NCBI GenBank assembly: GCA_023266635.1
Contig: JAHFPU010000001.1
Span: 1 to 48,955 of the forward strand
Length of the DNA: 48,955 nt
Origin: Sphingobium sp.
GTDB taxonomy: Bacteria; Pseudomonadota; Alphaproteobacteria; Sphingomonadales; Sphingomonadaceae
Direction: 5' to 3'
Part shown: positions 19,170-31,357 of the stretch, piece after piece
How the letters are laid out: each line of letters begins with the position of its first letter
Position numbering within the stretch: position 1 is the first letter of the stretch
Program-made: the position numbers and the translations under genes
The notes under the pieces: model-generated
The model's input: the letters and a program-made list of their open reading frames with translations, nothing else
Databases searched by the model: none
What the model was told of the DNA's origin: nothing

Positions 19170-20177
19170 ATGTCCCGCGCTCCTCATTCCGCCGCCTATC
19201 CCGCCCTTCGCCTTCGCCGCACGCGCGCGTCGGCGTGGAGCCGCTCGCTTCATGCGGAACATCGCATCGGGCCGCAGGATTTCCTCTGGCCGCTGTTCGT
19301 CACCGAAGGCACGGGCGTGGAGGAACCGATCGCTAGCCTGCCGGGCGTATCGCGCTGGTCGGTGGACGGCATCGTCGCCCGCGCGAAAGAGGCACGCGAC
19401 GCGGGCATCCCCTGCCTCGCCCTCTTCCCCAACACGCAGGCGAACCGGCGCAGCGATGATGGCAAGGAAGCGCTCAACCCCGACAATCTGATGTGCCGCG
19501 CCATTCGTGCCATCAAGGATGCGGTCCCCAACATTGGCATTCTGACCGACGTGGCGCTCGACCCCTATACCGCACATGGGCAGGACGGCCTGCTTGACGC
19601 CAGCGGCTATGTCGTCAATGACGCCACGGTCGAGGTGCTGATCGGCCAGTCGCTCAATCAGGCGGCGGCGGGCGCGGACATCATCGCCCCCAGCGACATG
19701 ATGGACGGCCGCGTTGGCGCGATCCGCGCCGCACTGGAGCAGGACGGTCATCACAACGTCCAGATCATGGCCTATGCCGCCAAATATGCGAGCGCATTCT
19801 ACGGCCCGTTCCGCGATGCCGTCGGCTCGCGCGGCCTGCTGAAGGGCGACAAGAAGAATTACCAGATGGACCCGGCCAATGGAGCCGAAGCGCTGCGCGA
19901 GGTTGCGCTTGATCTTGCCGAGGGCGCGGACAGCGTGATGGTGAAGCCGGGTCTGCCCTATCTGGACATCGTCGCGCGGGTGAAGGACGCGTTCGACGTG
20001 CCGGTGTTCGCCTATCAGGTGTCGGGCGAATATGCGATGATCGAGGCTTCGGCGGCGGCGGGCGCAGGCGATCGCGACGCGCTTGTCCTGGAAACGCTGA
20101 TGGCGTTCAAACGGGCGGGATGCTCCGGCGTTCTTACCTACCACGCGCTCCATGCCGCGCGCCTGCTGAACGGATGA
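19170..20177 (+). CDS. hemB: Porphobilinogen synthase
   Basis: Motifs DVALDPYTAHGQDG (Cys-less type), PSDMMDGR, YASAFYGPFRDA, MVKPG and YQVSGEY. Confidence 0.97.
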   Translation: MSRAPHSAAYPALRLRRTRASAWSRSLHAEHRIGPQDFLWPLFVTEGTGVEEPIASLPGVSRWSVDGIVARAKEARDAGIPCLALFPNTQANRRSDDGKEALNPDNLMCRAIRAIKDAVPNIGILTDVALDPYTAHGQDGLLDASGYVVNDATVEVLIGQSLNQAAAGADIIAPSDMMDGRVGAIRAALEQDGHHNVQIMAYAAKYASAFYGPFRDAVGSRGLLKGDKKNYQMDPANGAEALREVALDLAEGADSVMVKPGLPYLDIVARVKDAFDVPVFAYQVSGEYAMIEASAAAGAGDRDALVLETLMAFKRAGCSGVLTYHALHAARLLNG

Positions 20178-20719
20178 GCGATACGGTGATCGAAACGTCC
20201 CGGCTGCTGCTGCGGGGCTGGCGCGATGCGGATGTCGTTCCGTGGCAGGCGATGTGTTCCGACCCGGAGGTTATGGAGCATCTGGGTCCGCCGATGACGA
20301 TGGAGGACGCGAAAGCCTATGTCGCCCGCATGCAGGGTATGCAGGCGCAGCATGGCCATTGCTTCTGGGCGCTGGAACATCGCAGCACGGGCACGTTTCT
20401 GGGCTTCTGCGGCGTGAAGCCTGGCGCGGCGGGAACGCCGATTGTCGACAAGATAGAGATCGGCTGGCGTATGGCGCGGGCCTGGTGGGGCGCCGGCTAT
20501 GCGCGCGAAGCCGCGCAGGCGAGCATCGGCTGGGTCTGGGACAATCTGGACGCCGATACGATCTGGGCGATCACCACACCGGACAATGACCGCAGCCAGG
20601 GTCTGATGGTCAGGCTGGGCATGACCCGCCGCCTCGACATGGACTTCGAGCATCAGGCCTTGCCGGAGGGCGATCCGCTGCGCCCGCACGTCACCTATGA
20701 AATAAGGCGTCCAGCTTGA
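20174..20719 (+). CDS. GNAT N-acetyltransferase (RimJ/RimL type)
   Basis: Motifs ETSRLLLR, EIGWR, WGAGYAREAA and NDRS. ATGA overlap with hemB. Confidence 0.9.
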   Translation: MSDTVIETSRLLLRGWRDADVVPWQAMCSDPEVMEHLGPPMTMEDAKAYVARMQGMQAQHGHCFWALEHRSTGTFLGFCGVKPGAAGTPIVDKIEIGWRMARAWWGAGYAREAAQASIGWVWDNLDADTIWAITTPDNDRSQGLMVRLGMTRRLDMDFEHQALPEGDPLRPHVTYEIRRPA

Positions 20720-22917
20720 ACAAGGCGACATCAGCGGTCCGGCTGCGGTTCATCGCGACCATCTGCACGGGATCCTTCCTGCTCTTCCTCGTCCAGCCGA
20801 TGATCGCCCGCATGGCCCTGCCCCGACTGGGCGGCGCACCGACCGTCTGGAACTCGGCCATGGTCGTGTATCAGGCGCTGCTGCTGGGCGGGTACGCCTA
20901 TGCCCATATGCTCGGCCGCCTGCGCCCGCGCCGGCAGATGCAATTGCACGTCGCGCTGTTCGCCTTGGCCGCGCTGATGTTGCCGATCGGACTGGTCGCG
21001 GGCAACCCGTCGCAACAGGTCAGCCCCGTCCTGTGGGTGCCGTGGCTTCTCACCATCTCCATCGGCCCGCTCTTCTTCATGGTCGCCGCGCAAGCGCCCC
21101 TGATGCAGCGCTGGTATGTCCTTTCGGGCGGCGGCGATCCCTACCCCCTCTATGCCGCGTCCAACCTCGGCAGTTTCGCGGGCCTTATCGCTTATCCGCT
21201 TCTCGTCGAACCGAAGCTCCCGGCTCCGGACCAGAGCCTGCTGTGGAGCGCGGGATATATCCTTCTGCTGCTGCTCGTGCTGGCCTGCGGCTGGCGTCTG
21301 CCACGCGAAGGCGTTGCGCCTGTAGCGGCGGCGGACACACCCGCTCCGTCATGGCGCACGGTCCTATGGTGGATCGTCCTTGCGGCGGTGCCTTCCGGCC
21401 TGATGCTGTCGACGACGCTGCACATCACGACGGACATCGTCGCGATGCCCCTGCTGTGGGTATTGCCGCTGGGCCTCTATATCCTGTCATTCTCCATCGC
21501 TTTTTCCGGGAGCCGGACCTGGGCGAATAGCATCGGCGCGATTGCGCCGCTGGCGCTGCTGATCGGCGCATGCACGGCCTTTGCGGACTCCCTGCCCATG
21601 CCGATCCTGATCGGCGCAGCCGTCCTCCTGGTGCTGTTCGTCATTTCCGTCACCCTGCACAGTGCGCTTTATGATGCACGGCCAGATGCCGCGCGTCTTA
21701 CCGCCTTCTATCTCGCCATGTCGGTGGGCGGCGTAGTCGGGGGCATCTTCTGCGCCATCGTCGCGCCGCTGGTCTTCAACTGGACCTATGAATATCCCCT
21801 CCTGCTCGCCGCGACGGCGCTGCTGTTGAAGAGCGAGCCGCTCTTTGCCTGGGCAGCGTCGCTCTGGGAGGATCGGCGCCGCCGCATGGGAATGACGGTG
21901 GCGTTGCTGGTCGTTGGCCTCCTCGCTTCCCTGGTCGGCGGGGGCATGCTTCCGCCCGGCCCCGGTTCCGGCGTCAAGGTCGTCGCTTTCCTCATCATCA
22001 TCGCCGTAGCTATCATGGGGATGGGCAACCGCATGCTCTATGCGGGTTGTGCGGCTTTCCTGATGCTGTGCCTGGGCGGCTGGGAGAAGATCGACCTATC
22101 GCTGCGCAGCAATATAATGATCCGCAGCTATTTCGGCGTCTACGCCATTCGGAATAACAAAGACGGCACGCGTCTGCTGGTCCATGGCACCACCGTTCAC
22201 GGCATCCAGATCCGCACCCCGAGCATGGAGCGCGTCACCACCAGCTATTATGCGCCCAAATCGGGCATTGGGCTCGCGCTTGGCGCTGCGCCGCAATTGT
22301 TCGGGCCGGACGCGCGCATCGGCGTCGTCGGATTGGGGGCGGGAACGCTGGCATGCTACGCCCAGCCCGGCCAGCGCTGGCGCTTCTACGAGATCGATCC
22401 CGCCATCGAGCGGATCGCGCGCAACCCGCGCTCCTTCACCTTCCTTTCGCGCTGCATGCCGGACGCGGACATTGCGATCGGCGACGCCCGGCTGGTCTTG
22501 GCCGGCGAGCCGCAAGGTCAGGCCAACCTGCTGGCCATCGACGCATTCTCCTCCGACTCCGTGCCGATGCACCTACTGACGCGGGAAGCCTTCGCTCTTT
22601 ATGGTCGATATCTGAAGCCCGACGGGCTGCTACTCGTCCACATCTCCAACCGCTATATGGACCTGAAACCGATCGTCGCCGCTGCGGCGCATGATGGCGG
22701 ATGGGCTACGGCGGCGCGCCTTTACACGCCCGATCCCAAAGACGCGCGATATCACTATACCATGTCCGCCTGGATAGCCCTGTCCCGGGACCCGCAGAGC
22801 CTCAAGCGTCTGACCAAGCTGACCGGCGCGCAATTATGGGAACCGCTGACGCCCCGCCCCGGCATTTCCGCCTGGACGGACGATTATGGCAGCATCCTGC
22901 CAATCCTGACGCTATGA
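20716..22917 (+). CDS. Fused membrane domain / spermidine-synthase-like SAM-dependent transferase
   Basis: Many N-terminal TM helices; C-terminal VGLGAG, YEIDP, GDAR, DAFSSD and WTDD. Confidence 0.88.
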   Translation: MNKATSAVRLRFIATICTGSFLLFLVQPMIARMALPRLGGAPTVWNSAMVVYQALLLGGYAYAHMLGRLRPRRQMQLHVALFALAALMLPIGLVAGNPSQQVSPVLWVPWLLTISIGPLFFMVAAQAPLMQRWYVLSGGGDPYPLYAASNLGSFAGLIAYPLLVEPKLPAPDQSLLWSAGYILLLLLVLACGWRLPREGVAPVAAADTPAPSWRTVLWWIVLAAVPSGLMLSTTLHITTDIVAMPLLWVLPLGLYILSFSIAFSGSRTWANSIGAIAPLALLIGACTAFADSLPMPILIGAAVLLVLFVISVTLHSALYDARPDAARLTAFYLAMSVGGVVGGIFCAIVAPLVFNWTYEYPLLLAATALLLKSEPLFAWAASLWEDRRRRMGMTVALLVVGLLASLVGGGMLPPGPGSGVKVVAFLIIIAVAIMGMGNRMLYAGCAAFLMLCLGGWEKIDLSLRSNIMIRSYFGVYAIRNNKDGTRLLVHGTTVHGIQIRTPSMERVTTSYYAPKSGIGLALGAAPQLFGPDARIGVVGLGAGTLACYAQPGQRWRFYEIDPAIERIARNPRSFTFLSRCMPDADIAIGDARLVLAGEPQGQANLLAIDAFSSDSVPMHLLTREAFALYGRYLKPDGLLLVHISNRYMDLKPIVAAAAHDGGWATAARLYTPDPKDARYHYTMSAWIALSRDPQSLKRLTKLTGAQLWEPLTPRPGISAWTDDYGSILPILTL

Positions 22918-22936
22918 CGGGGTAGGAGGAGCAGGC

Positions 22937-23506
22937 ATGGAAAACGATTACCCGGACGCATCGATCATCACGTTCGGCGGCCACACGCCCCGCATCCACC
23001 CCAGCGCCTTTATCGCGCCGGGCTGCCGGATCATCGGCGATGTCGAGATCGGACCGGATGCCAGCATCTGGTACAACTGCGTCATCCGGGCAGACGTCAA
23101 CCGCATCCGCATCGGCGCGCGCACCAATATTCAGGATGGCACCGTCATCCATTGCGACAGCGACAAGGATGGCGCGGGCGGCTTTCCCACGATCATCGGT
23201 GAGGATGTGCTTGTCGGCCATATGGCCATGCTGCACGGCTGCACCCTTCTGGACCGCGCTTTCGTCGGCCTCGGCGCGATCGTCATGGACGGCTGCGTGG
23301 TGGAGGGTGACGCGATGCTCGCCGCCGGCGCGATGCTAACGCCGGGCAAGACCGTGCCCCACCGCCAACTCTGGTCAGGCAGACCCGCCAAATATATGCG
23401 CGACCTGCCCGATATCGCCGTCACCGGCATGCGCGAAGGCATTGAGCATTATGTGCACAACGCCAAGGCGCATAAGGGCGCCGTCCGGGCGATGGAGGAG
23501 CATTAA
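22937..23506 (+). CDS. Gamma carbonic anhydrase family protein
   Basis: Hexapeptide repeats, RAD, NIQD..IH and GH..MLHGC. Confidence 0.93.
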   Translation: MENDYPDASIITFGGHTPRIHPSAFIAPGCRIIGDVEIGPDASIWYNCVIRADVNRIRIGARTNIQDGTVIHCDSDKDGAGGFPTIIGEDVLVGHMAMLHGCTLLDRAFVGLGAIVMDGCVVEGDAMLAAGAMLTPGKTVPHRQLWSGRPAKYMRDLPDIAVTGMREGIEHYVHNAKAHKGAVRAMEEH

Positions 23507-23515
23507 ACGCTCCGG

Positions 23516-24040
23516 TCAGGGCTGAGGCAGGAGCCCTTTTAGCGCATCCAGCTTGTCATTCTGGGAATCGACGGTCGCCAGCGTTTCGCGGCGAACCATG
23601 TCGATCGTCTCGATCCCGCCTGCCGCCTTGCCATCCGCCAGCGCGTTGATCCGGTCCGAATAGAGCGTGTCCAGCCCGGCCAGCGCCGACACGCTGTTGT
23701 TGCGCGCCGATTCCAGCCCGCTGATCGCCACCTGCGCCGCGACCCAGGCTTCGCTGGAGATCGCTGATTTCGCCGCCGTCTGCGCACGGCGTTGCGCATC
23801 GGGATAGCCTTTGTCGAATGCCGATGCGCCGGCCTGCGCCTGCATTTCCAGCTTCGCGACCTCGGCATCCAGCGCCGGGTCGGACATCGATGCTGTCGGC
23901 AGGGACGGTGCAGGTGCGTTCGCCGTTGGCAGGCCGCTCTCGATCGGGCGCTTGGCAAGCGAGGGATAGGGACCAGCCGGCGCCCCGGTACAACCAGCGA
24001 GCAGCAGCGCTAGGGACGGGAGGAGCGGCCTGAGGTTCAT
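23516..24040 (-). CDS. Hypothetical lipoprotein
   Basis: LAGC lipobox and YPSLAKRPIE. Start at 24040 or 24049. Confidence 0.8.
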   Translation of the reverse strand: MNLRPLLPSLALLLAGCTGAPAGPYPSLAKRPIESGLPTANAPAPSLPTASMSDPALDAEVAKLEMQAQAGASAFDKGYPDAQRRAQTAAKSAISSEAWVAAQVAISGLESARNNSVSALAGLDTLYSDRINALADGKAAGGIETIDMVRRETLATVDSQNDKLDALKGLLPQP

Positions 24041-24145
24041 GGGCGGCATCTAGGCATCGCAAGCAGCCGTTGCAATGGCGGCCTTGCGATATGGGCCTCC
24101 GCCCTTGTTGGCAGGATGCCGGTAACAGGCTAGGCGCATGGGGAG

Positions 24146-25084
24146 ATGCTCACCACTATCGTCACCATTCTGCCCGTTTTCCTGATCATCGCTGCCGGTT
24201 ACGGCGCGGCTAAACTGGGCGTGATCGGCGACGGCGCATCCCGCGCGCTCAACCGCTATGTGATCTGGCTGGCGCTGCCCTGCCTGATGTTCGAGGTGGT
24301 GGCGACCACTGACTGGCATCGCCTGTGGAATCCCGCTTTTGTCGCGGTGTCGGTGACCGGCAGTCTGGCCGTCTTTGTCCTTGGCCTCATCATTGGCCGG
24401 ATGCGCGGCCTCAGCTTGCAGGACATGGCGGTCGACGGGCTGAACGCCAGCTATGCGAATACCGCCTATATTGGCTTTCCCCTGCTGCTGCTGGCGCTCG
24501 GCCCCGAGAGTCGGCCCTTCGTCGCGATCGCCGCAACGCTGACGCTTGTGGTCATATTCGCCAGTGCTGTCATCTTGATCGAACTGGCGCGCAGTCACGG
24601 CCGTGGCATCAGCCGCGCCCTGCTGTTCGCGCTCATCGGCGTGTTGAAGAACCCCGTTCTCGTCTCCCCCCTGTTCGGCCTGATCTGGTGGTGGAGCGGC
24701 ATTCCCCTGCCCCGCCCCGCCGAAAGCTTCTTTTCCATGCTGGGCGGCTCGGCCAGTCCAGCGGCGCTGGCGGCGATCGGCATGTTCCTGGCGGAGCGGC
24801 CGATCCTTGAATCGGCGACGAATCGCTTCTCCATCGCGCTGACGGCGATAAAGCTCGGCATCCATCCCGCCATCACCGCCTATCTTGCCTGGCATGTGTT
24901 CATGCTGCCGCCCCCCGTTGCGATCACCGCCATCGCGCTGGCGGCGCTTCCCACGGGCACCGGTCCCTTCATGATCGCCGAATTCTACGCCCGGGACGGG
25001 AAGGTGACGGCCGGAACCGTTCTGGTCAGCACGCTTTTGTCCGTCCTGACGCTCGCGGCAATCCTGTCCTTATTACGGATTTAG
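24146..25084 (+). CDS. AEC (auxin efflux carrier) family transporter
   Basis: About 10 TM helices; ALPCL.F, NTAYIGFP, KNP and ALPTG. Confidence 0.9.
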   Translation: MLTTIVTILPVFLIIAAGYGAAKLGVIGDGASRALNRYVIWLALPCLMFEVVATTDWHRLWNPAFVAVSVTGSLAVFVLGLIIGRMRGLSLQDMAVDGLNASYANTAYIGFPLLLLALGPESRPFVAIAATLTLVVIFASAVILIELARSHGRGISRALLFALIGVLKNPVLVSPLFGLIWWWSGIPLPRPAESFFSMLGGSASPAALAAIGMFLAERPILESATNRFSIALTAIKLGIHPAITAYLAWHVFMLPPPVAITAIALAALPTGTGPFMIAEFYARDGKVTAGTVLVSTLLSVLTLAAILSLLRI

Positions 25085-25204
25085 GCCGGAAACCGCCGCT
25101 GACTCCGGTTGACAGGTCGGGGTGAATCCCTTAACGGCCCACGTTCCTGCGCAGGCACCCCCCGGGGAGCCAGTGCTAAGCAGTTTGGATTGAAGAGAAA
25201 AGCC

Positions 25205-25579
25205 ATGTTCGCAATTGTGCGCACGGGCGGCAAGCAATATCGCGTCGCCGCCGGAGACAAGATTGTCGTCGAAAAACTCGCTGGTGAAGCCGGCGACAAG
25301 ATTACCCTGGACGACGTCCTGCTCGCCGGCGAAGGCAGCGAGTTGAAGGATACGGCCGGTCTGACCGTTGCTGCCGAGATCATCGCGCAGGCAAAGGGCG
25401 AGAAGGTCATCGTTTTCAAGAAGCGTCGCCGTCACAACTATCGCCGCAAGAACGGCCACCGTCAGCGCCACACGATCCTGCGCATCGTCGCGATCGGCGC
25501 GGAAGAGAAGAAAAAGGCTGCTCCCAAGAAGGCAGCCGCTCCGGCCGACGACGCGGCGCCCGCCGCTGCCGAAGCCTGA
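25205..25579 (+). CDS. rplU: 50S ribosomal protein L21
   Basis: [14 protein letters not shown] and [22 protein letters not shown] at 25109. Confidence 0.97.
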   Translation: MFAIVRTGGKQYRVAAGDKIVVEKLAGEAGDKITLDDVLLAGEGSELKDTAGLTVAAEIIAQAKGEKVIVFKKRRRHNYRRKNGHRQRHTILRIVAIGAEEKKKAAPKKAAAPADDAAPAAAEA

Positions 25580-25601
25580 TTGCATTCGAGGAGTTTAGAC
25601 A

Positions 25602-25871
25602 ATGGCACATAAGAAAGCAGGCGGTTCGTCGCGCAACGGTCGCGATTCAGAATCGAAGCGCCTTGGCGTGAAGAAGTTCGGCGGTCAGGAAGTGATCGGC
25701 GGCAATATTATCATTCGCCAGCGCGGCACCCGCGTCTATCCGGGCCGCAATGTCGGCATCGGCAAGGACCACACGCTGTTCGCGCTGACCGAAGGCCGCG
25801 TGGTATTCCACGATGGCAAGCTCGGCCGCAAATATGTGTCGGTGGACATGCCGGCGCTGGCCGCAGAATAA
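25602..25871 (+). CDS. rpmA: 50S ribosomal protein L27
   Basis: [16 protein letters not shown] and RQRGT. Confidence 0.98.
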   Translation: MAHKKAGGSSRNGRDSESKRLGVKKFGGQEVIGGNIIIRQRGTRVYPGRNVGIGKDHTLFALTEGRVVFHDGKLGRKYVSVDMPALAAE

Positions 25872-25942
25872 CCGGACGATTTTTTCAGGATCGTCCGTAG
25901 AGGCGATCCTTGGAAAGGGCCGAAAACCGGCCCGATCGATCA

Positions 25943-25991
25943 GAGGGAGACGGGACGCCTCGACAAGAGGCTGTTCCGTCTCTCTTTTTTT
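25943..25991 (+). terminator. Terminator of rplU-rpmA
   Basis: Long stem GAGACGGGAC...GTTCCGTCTC followed by T7. Confidence 0.75.
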
Positions 25992-26128
25992 GTCTCCCTC
26001 GCCTGCCGGGCCGGAACAACTTCCTATCGCAAGCGTCACGCAAGCGGGGTATATCCGGGTCATAATGTCGCCAAGCCGTCATCATTTGAGGGCAAAGGCG
26101 CTGCACATAATCGAGAGGAGGCGAATGC

Positions 26129-26701
26129 ATGTTCGCTCGCACACCAAGACTTTTGCTCCGGCCGGGCTGGCAGGAAGATTCGCAGGCATTGGCGCAGGCC
26201 ATTGGCGAGGAATCCGTCGTCCGTAACCTTGCCCGCGCGCCCTGGCCCTACGGCCCGCAGGACGCGGAAACATACCTGACGCGGGATCGTGACCCGTTGT
26301 TGCCGGATTTCCTGATTTTCTCCCGCACACTGGGCGCGCCACGCCTTGTGGGTGGATGCGGCATATCCCGCAGCGAGGACGAAGGACTGGAACTGGGCTA
26401 CTGGATCGCGCGGCCCTATTGGGGCCTCGGCTTCGCAACGGAGGCTTCGCGCGCCGTGATGCGCATCGCCCGCGCGACGGGCCTGTCGGGCATCACCGCC
26501 AGCCATTTTCTTGACAATCCCGCATCGGGCAATGTCCTGCGCAAGATCGGCTTTCGGCCCACCGGCCAGATCGCATCCCGCTACAGCATCGGCCGCGGCG
26601 CGGATGTCGCCTGCGCCATGTTCGAGCAGGGCGAGGAAGTGGACATGCCGCGTGACGTGCATCTCGACCTCTATTCGGATGCGCGGTCGCTGGCGGCGTA
26701 G
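26129..26701 (+). CDS. GNAT N-acetyltransferase (RimJ/RimL type)
   Basis: Motifs RTPRLLLRP, ELGYWI, WGLGFATEA and NPASGNVLRKIGF. Confidence 0.92.
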   Translation: MFARTPRLLLRPGWQEDSQALAQAIGEESVVRNLARAPWPYGPQDAETYLTRDRDPLLPDFLIFSRTLGAPRLVGGCGISRSEDEGLELGYWIARPYWGLGFATEASRAVMRIARATGLSGITASHFLDNPASGNVLRKIGFRPTGQIASRYSIGRGADVACAMFEQGEEVDMPRDVHLDLYSDARSLAA

Positions 26702-26716
26702 ATGCCTAACTAACCT

Positions 26717-26787
26717 CCGTTCGTCCCGAGCGAAGTCGAGGGACCTAGCGCAGCGCTGGGTGTCTCGACTTCGCTCGACACAAACGG
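26717..26787. repeat. REP-like doublet (CCGTTCG family)
   Basis: CGAGCGAAGTCGAG / CTCGACTTCGCTCG inverted arms between convergent GNAT genes. Confidence 0.8.
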
Positions 26788-26790
26788 GGT

Positions 26791-27315
26791 TTAGGGTGCT
26801 GATCGCTCCAGCACGATCACCATCGCACCGCCAGACTCGACACGATCGATCTCGGTATAGCCTGCCTTCTCCGCCACCCGGATCGACGCGCCGTTGCCCG
26901 GCTCAATGATGCAGCGGGTCAGCGGCGCCTTCAGCACGGTGTCGGCCCATTGCGTGACCGCCAGCGCCAGTTCGGTGGCCAGTCCCTTGCCGCCCGCATC
27001 CGGCCTCAAGGCCCAGCCGATCTCCGGCACGCCCTCCAGCAGGGCAATGCCGCGATGCGCGTTCAACAGTCCGCCGTCGCCCAGATAGGCTCCCGTCGCC
27101 TTGTCCTCGATCGCCCAGAATCCATAGCCGATCAGCGCCCACATCCCCGCATAGCGCAGCAGGCGGAACCACACGGTCTGCGCATCCTGCACATGCCCGC
27201 CGATGAAGCGCACGGTGTGCGGGTCACCCCATAGGGCCTGCATGTCTGCAAAATCCGATGCGCGATGCGGGCGTAGCCTCAGCCGATCGGTTTCAATAAC
27301 GGGAATGCTGGTCAT
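26791..27315 (-). CDS. GNAT N-acetyltransferase (RimJ/RimL type)
   Basis: Motifs ETDRLRLR, PEIGW, GKGLATE and NGASIRVAEK. Start at 27315 or 27324. Confidence 0.9.
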   Translation of the reverse strand: MTSIPVIETDRLRLRPHRASDFADMQALWGDPHTVRFIGGHVQDAQTVWFRLLRYAGMWALIGYGFWAIEDKATGAYLGDGGLLNAHRGIALLEGVPEIGWALRPDAGGKGLATELALAVTQWADTVLKAPLTRCIIEPGNGASIRVAEKAGYTEIDRVESGGAMVIVLERSAP

Positions 27316-27448
27316 GCGCGCCATGATGCGGTCCCACGCCTTGACCCGTCAAGCCGCAGCCGCCTGCTTGCGCGCGAGGGAGACGAGCATAGGCTGACAT
27401 TTTCACCGACTCGCGGGGGCAGTCGGACAGCAGCGGGAATACAGACGC

Positions 27449-27790
27449 ATGATCAGCGGGGGACATATCGTTCTTTATTCCCGCGATGCGGAGGCCGATC
27501 GCGCTTTCATTCGCGACGTACTCGGCTTTCCATATGTCGATGCGGGGCATGGCTGGCTGATCTTCGCCCTCCCACCCAGCGAGATCGCGGTGCACCCTGC
27601 CGAAACGGGTGGCGGCCACGAATTCTTCCTTATGTGCGATGATCTCGATGCGGCAATGGCGACCCTTTCCGCCGCCGACGTTCCGCTGGGGTCGGTCGAG
27701 ACGCCGCGCTGGGGACGACTTGTGCGGCTCACCTTGCCGGGCGGCGGCGACATCGGCCTGTACGAACCGCGACATCCCCTTCCCTCTTAG
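27449..27790 (+). CDS. VOC/glyoxalase-family protein
   Basis: Motifs FIRDVLG, WLIF.LPP.E.AVHP, LMCDD, WG and YEP. Confidence 0.85.
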   Translation: MISGGHIVLYSRDAEADRAFIRDVLGFPYVDAGHGWLIFALPPSEIAVHPAETGGGHEFFLMCDDLDAAMATLSAADVPLGSVETPRWGRLVRLTLPGGGDIGLYEPRHPLPS

Positions 27791-30029
<2,239 letters not shown>

Positions 30030-30033
<4 letters not shown>

Positions 30034-30974
30034 AAGTGACCGGAATGCGGATTGCCATGACCGGTGCGACGGGCTTCGTCGGCGCGGCCACGCTTGACCT
30101 CGCTTTGTCGCGTGGTTTCAACGTCAACGCCCTAACTCGCCGTCCCCAGCCGGCGCGCCAGGGCGTGCGCTGGGTCGCGGGCGCGTTGGACGATGCCGGT
30201 AGCCTGGACACGCTGGTCGCCGACGCCGACGCCGTCCTGCACATTGCCGGCGTGGTGAACGCCCATGACCGGCAGGGCTTCATCGACGGCAATGTGATGG
30301 GCACCATGTTCCTGGTCGATGCGATGCGCCGGGCCACTGTGCGCCGCATGGTTCACGTCTCCTCCCTGTCCGCGCGGGAGCCTGAGCTTTCTAGCTATGG
30401 CTGGTCGAAGGAACTGGCCGAGCGCCATGTGATGGCCGGCGCGCTCGACTGGACGATCGTGCGCCCGCCCGCCATTTACGGTCCTGGCGACAAGGAGATG
30501 CTGGATCTGTTCCGCATGGCGTTACGCGGACTGATGGTCCTGCCGCCGGACGGCAGGCTCTCGGTGATCGAAGTGCACGACCTCGCGCATCTCCTGCTCG
30601 CTTTGTGCGAGGACCGGGTGGAAAGCGTCGCGCATATCTATGAAGTGGATGACGGTACGCCGGGCGGCTGGAGCCACGCCGATTTCGGCAAAGCCGTCGG
30701 CAAGGCGGTTGGACGCGATGACGTTCGTACGCTCGCCGCGCCCCGCTGGTTGCTCAACACAGCCGCGCGCGCTGATGGACTGGTGCGGGGCAAGGGCGCA
30801 AAACTCACCACCGATCGTGTCAGCTATTTCTGCCACCCAGACTGGGTCGCCAACCCGGAAAAGCGCGTGCCGCCCACCATATGGCAACCAGTCGTGCGCA
30901 TGCCGACGGGCCTTGCCAATACCGTGAAGGCCTATCGTTCAAAGGGATGGCTGAAGGCCGCCAGCGGAACATAG
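30030..30974 (+). CDS. cerR: Extended SDR / NAD-dependent oxidoreductase, probable ceramide (3-oxo-dihydroceramide) reductase
   Basis: TGATGFVG and YGWSK motifs. It lies directly upstream of acp-spt, as in the Caulobacter sphingolipid locus. Start at GTG 30030 or ATG 30045. Confidence 0.75.
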
Positions 30975-31110
30975 AACGGCTCACTGCGGCAATACGGGCA
31001 CATTGCGGCAAGAAGCTGCCCGATTGCGGCCTTATTCGCTTGCCAAAGGATAGGCTGCAGGAGCAGACACCACGGCTTGTTTTTGCCGCTCTACCCATCG
31101 GGACAGAAGA

Positions 31111-31353
31111 ATGACGGATCGCCAGCAGATTTACGACAGCATCACGGCGCAGATCGCCCCTTTCAACAAGAAGGAGGTCGCCCTGACCGAGGCGACGACC
31201 TTCGCCGGGGACCTGGAGTGGGACAGCCTGACCGTCATGGATTTCGTCGCGGCGATCGAGGATGAGTTCGACATCATCATCACCATGAACATGCAGGCGG
31301 AGATCGAGACGGTGGGCCAGCTCGTCGACGCAGTCGCCAAGCTGAAGAAATAA
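31111..31353 (+). CDS. Specialised acyl carrier protein for sphingolipid synthesis
   Basis: WDSL phosphopantetheine motif and IEDEFDI. It ends 4 nt before spt. Confidence 0.92.
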   Translation: MTDRQQIYDSITAQIAPFNKKEVALTEATTFAGDLEWDSLTVMDFVAAIEDEFDIIITMNMQAEIETVGQLVDAVAKLKK

Positions 31354-31357
31354 TCCA

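Noticed and set aside
25135-25204. Hairpin in the rplU leader as a ribosomal-protein regulatory RNA
   Set aside because: Only a modest GC stem is visible, and it cannot be supported without a covariance search.
20174-27315. Three RimJ/RimL GNATs as toxin-antitoxin toxins
   Set aside because: There are no adjacent antitoxin genes, codon usage is host-like, and the motifs are ordinary RimJ/L type.
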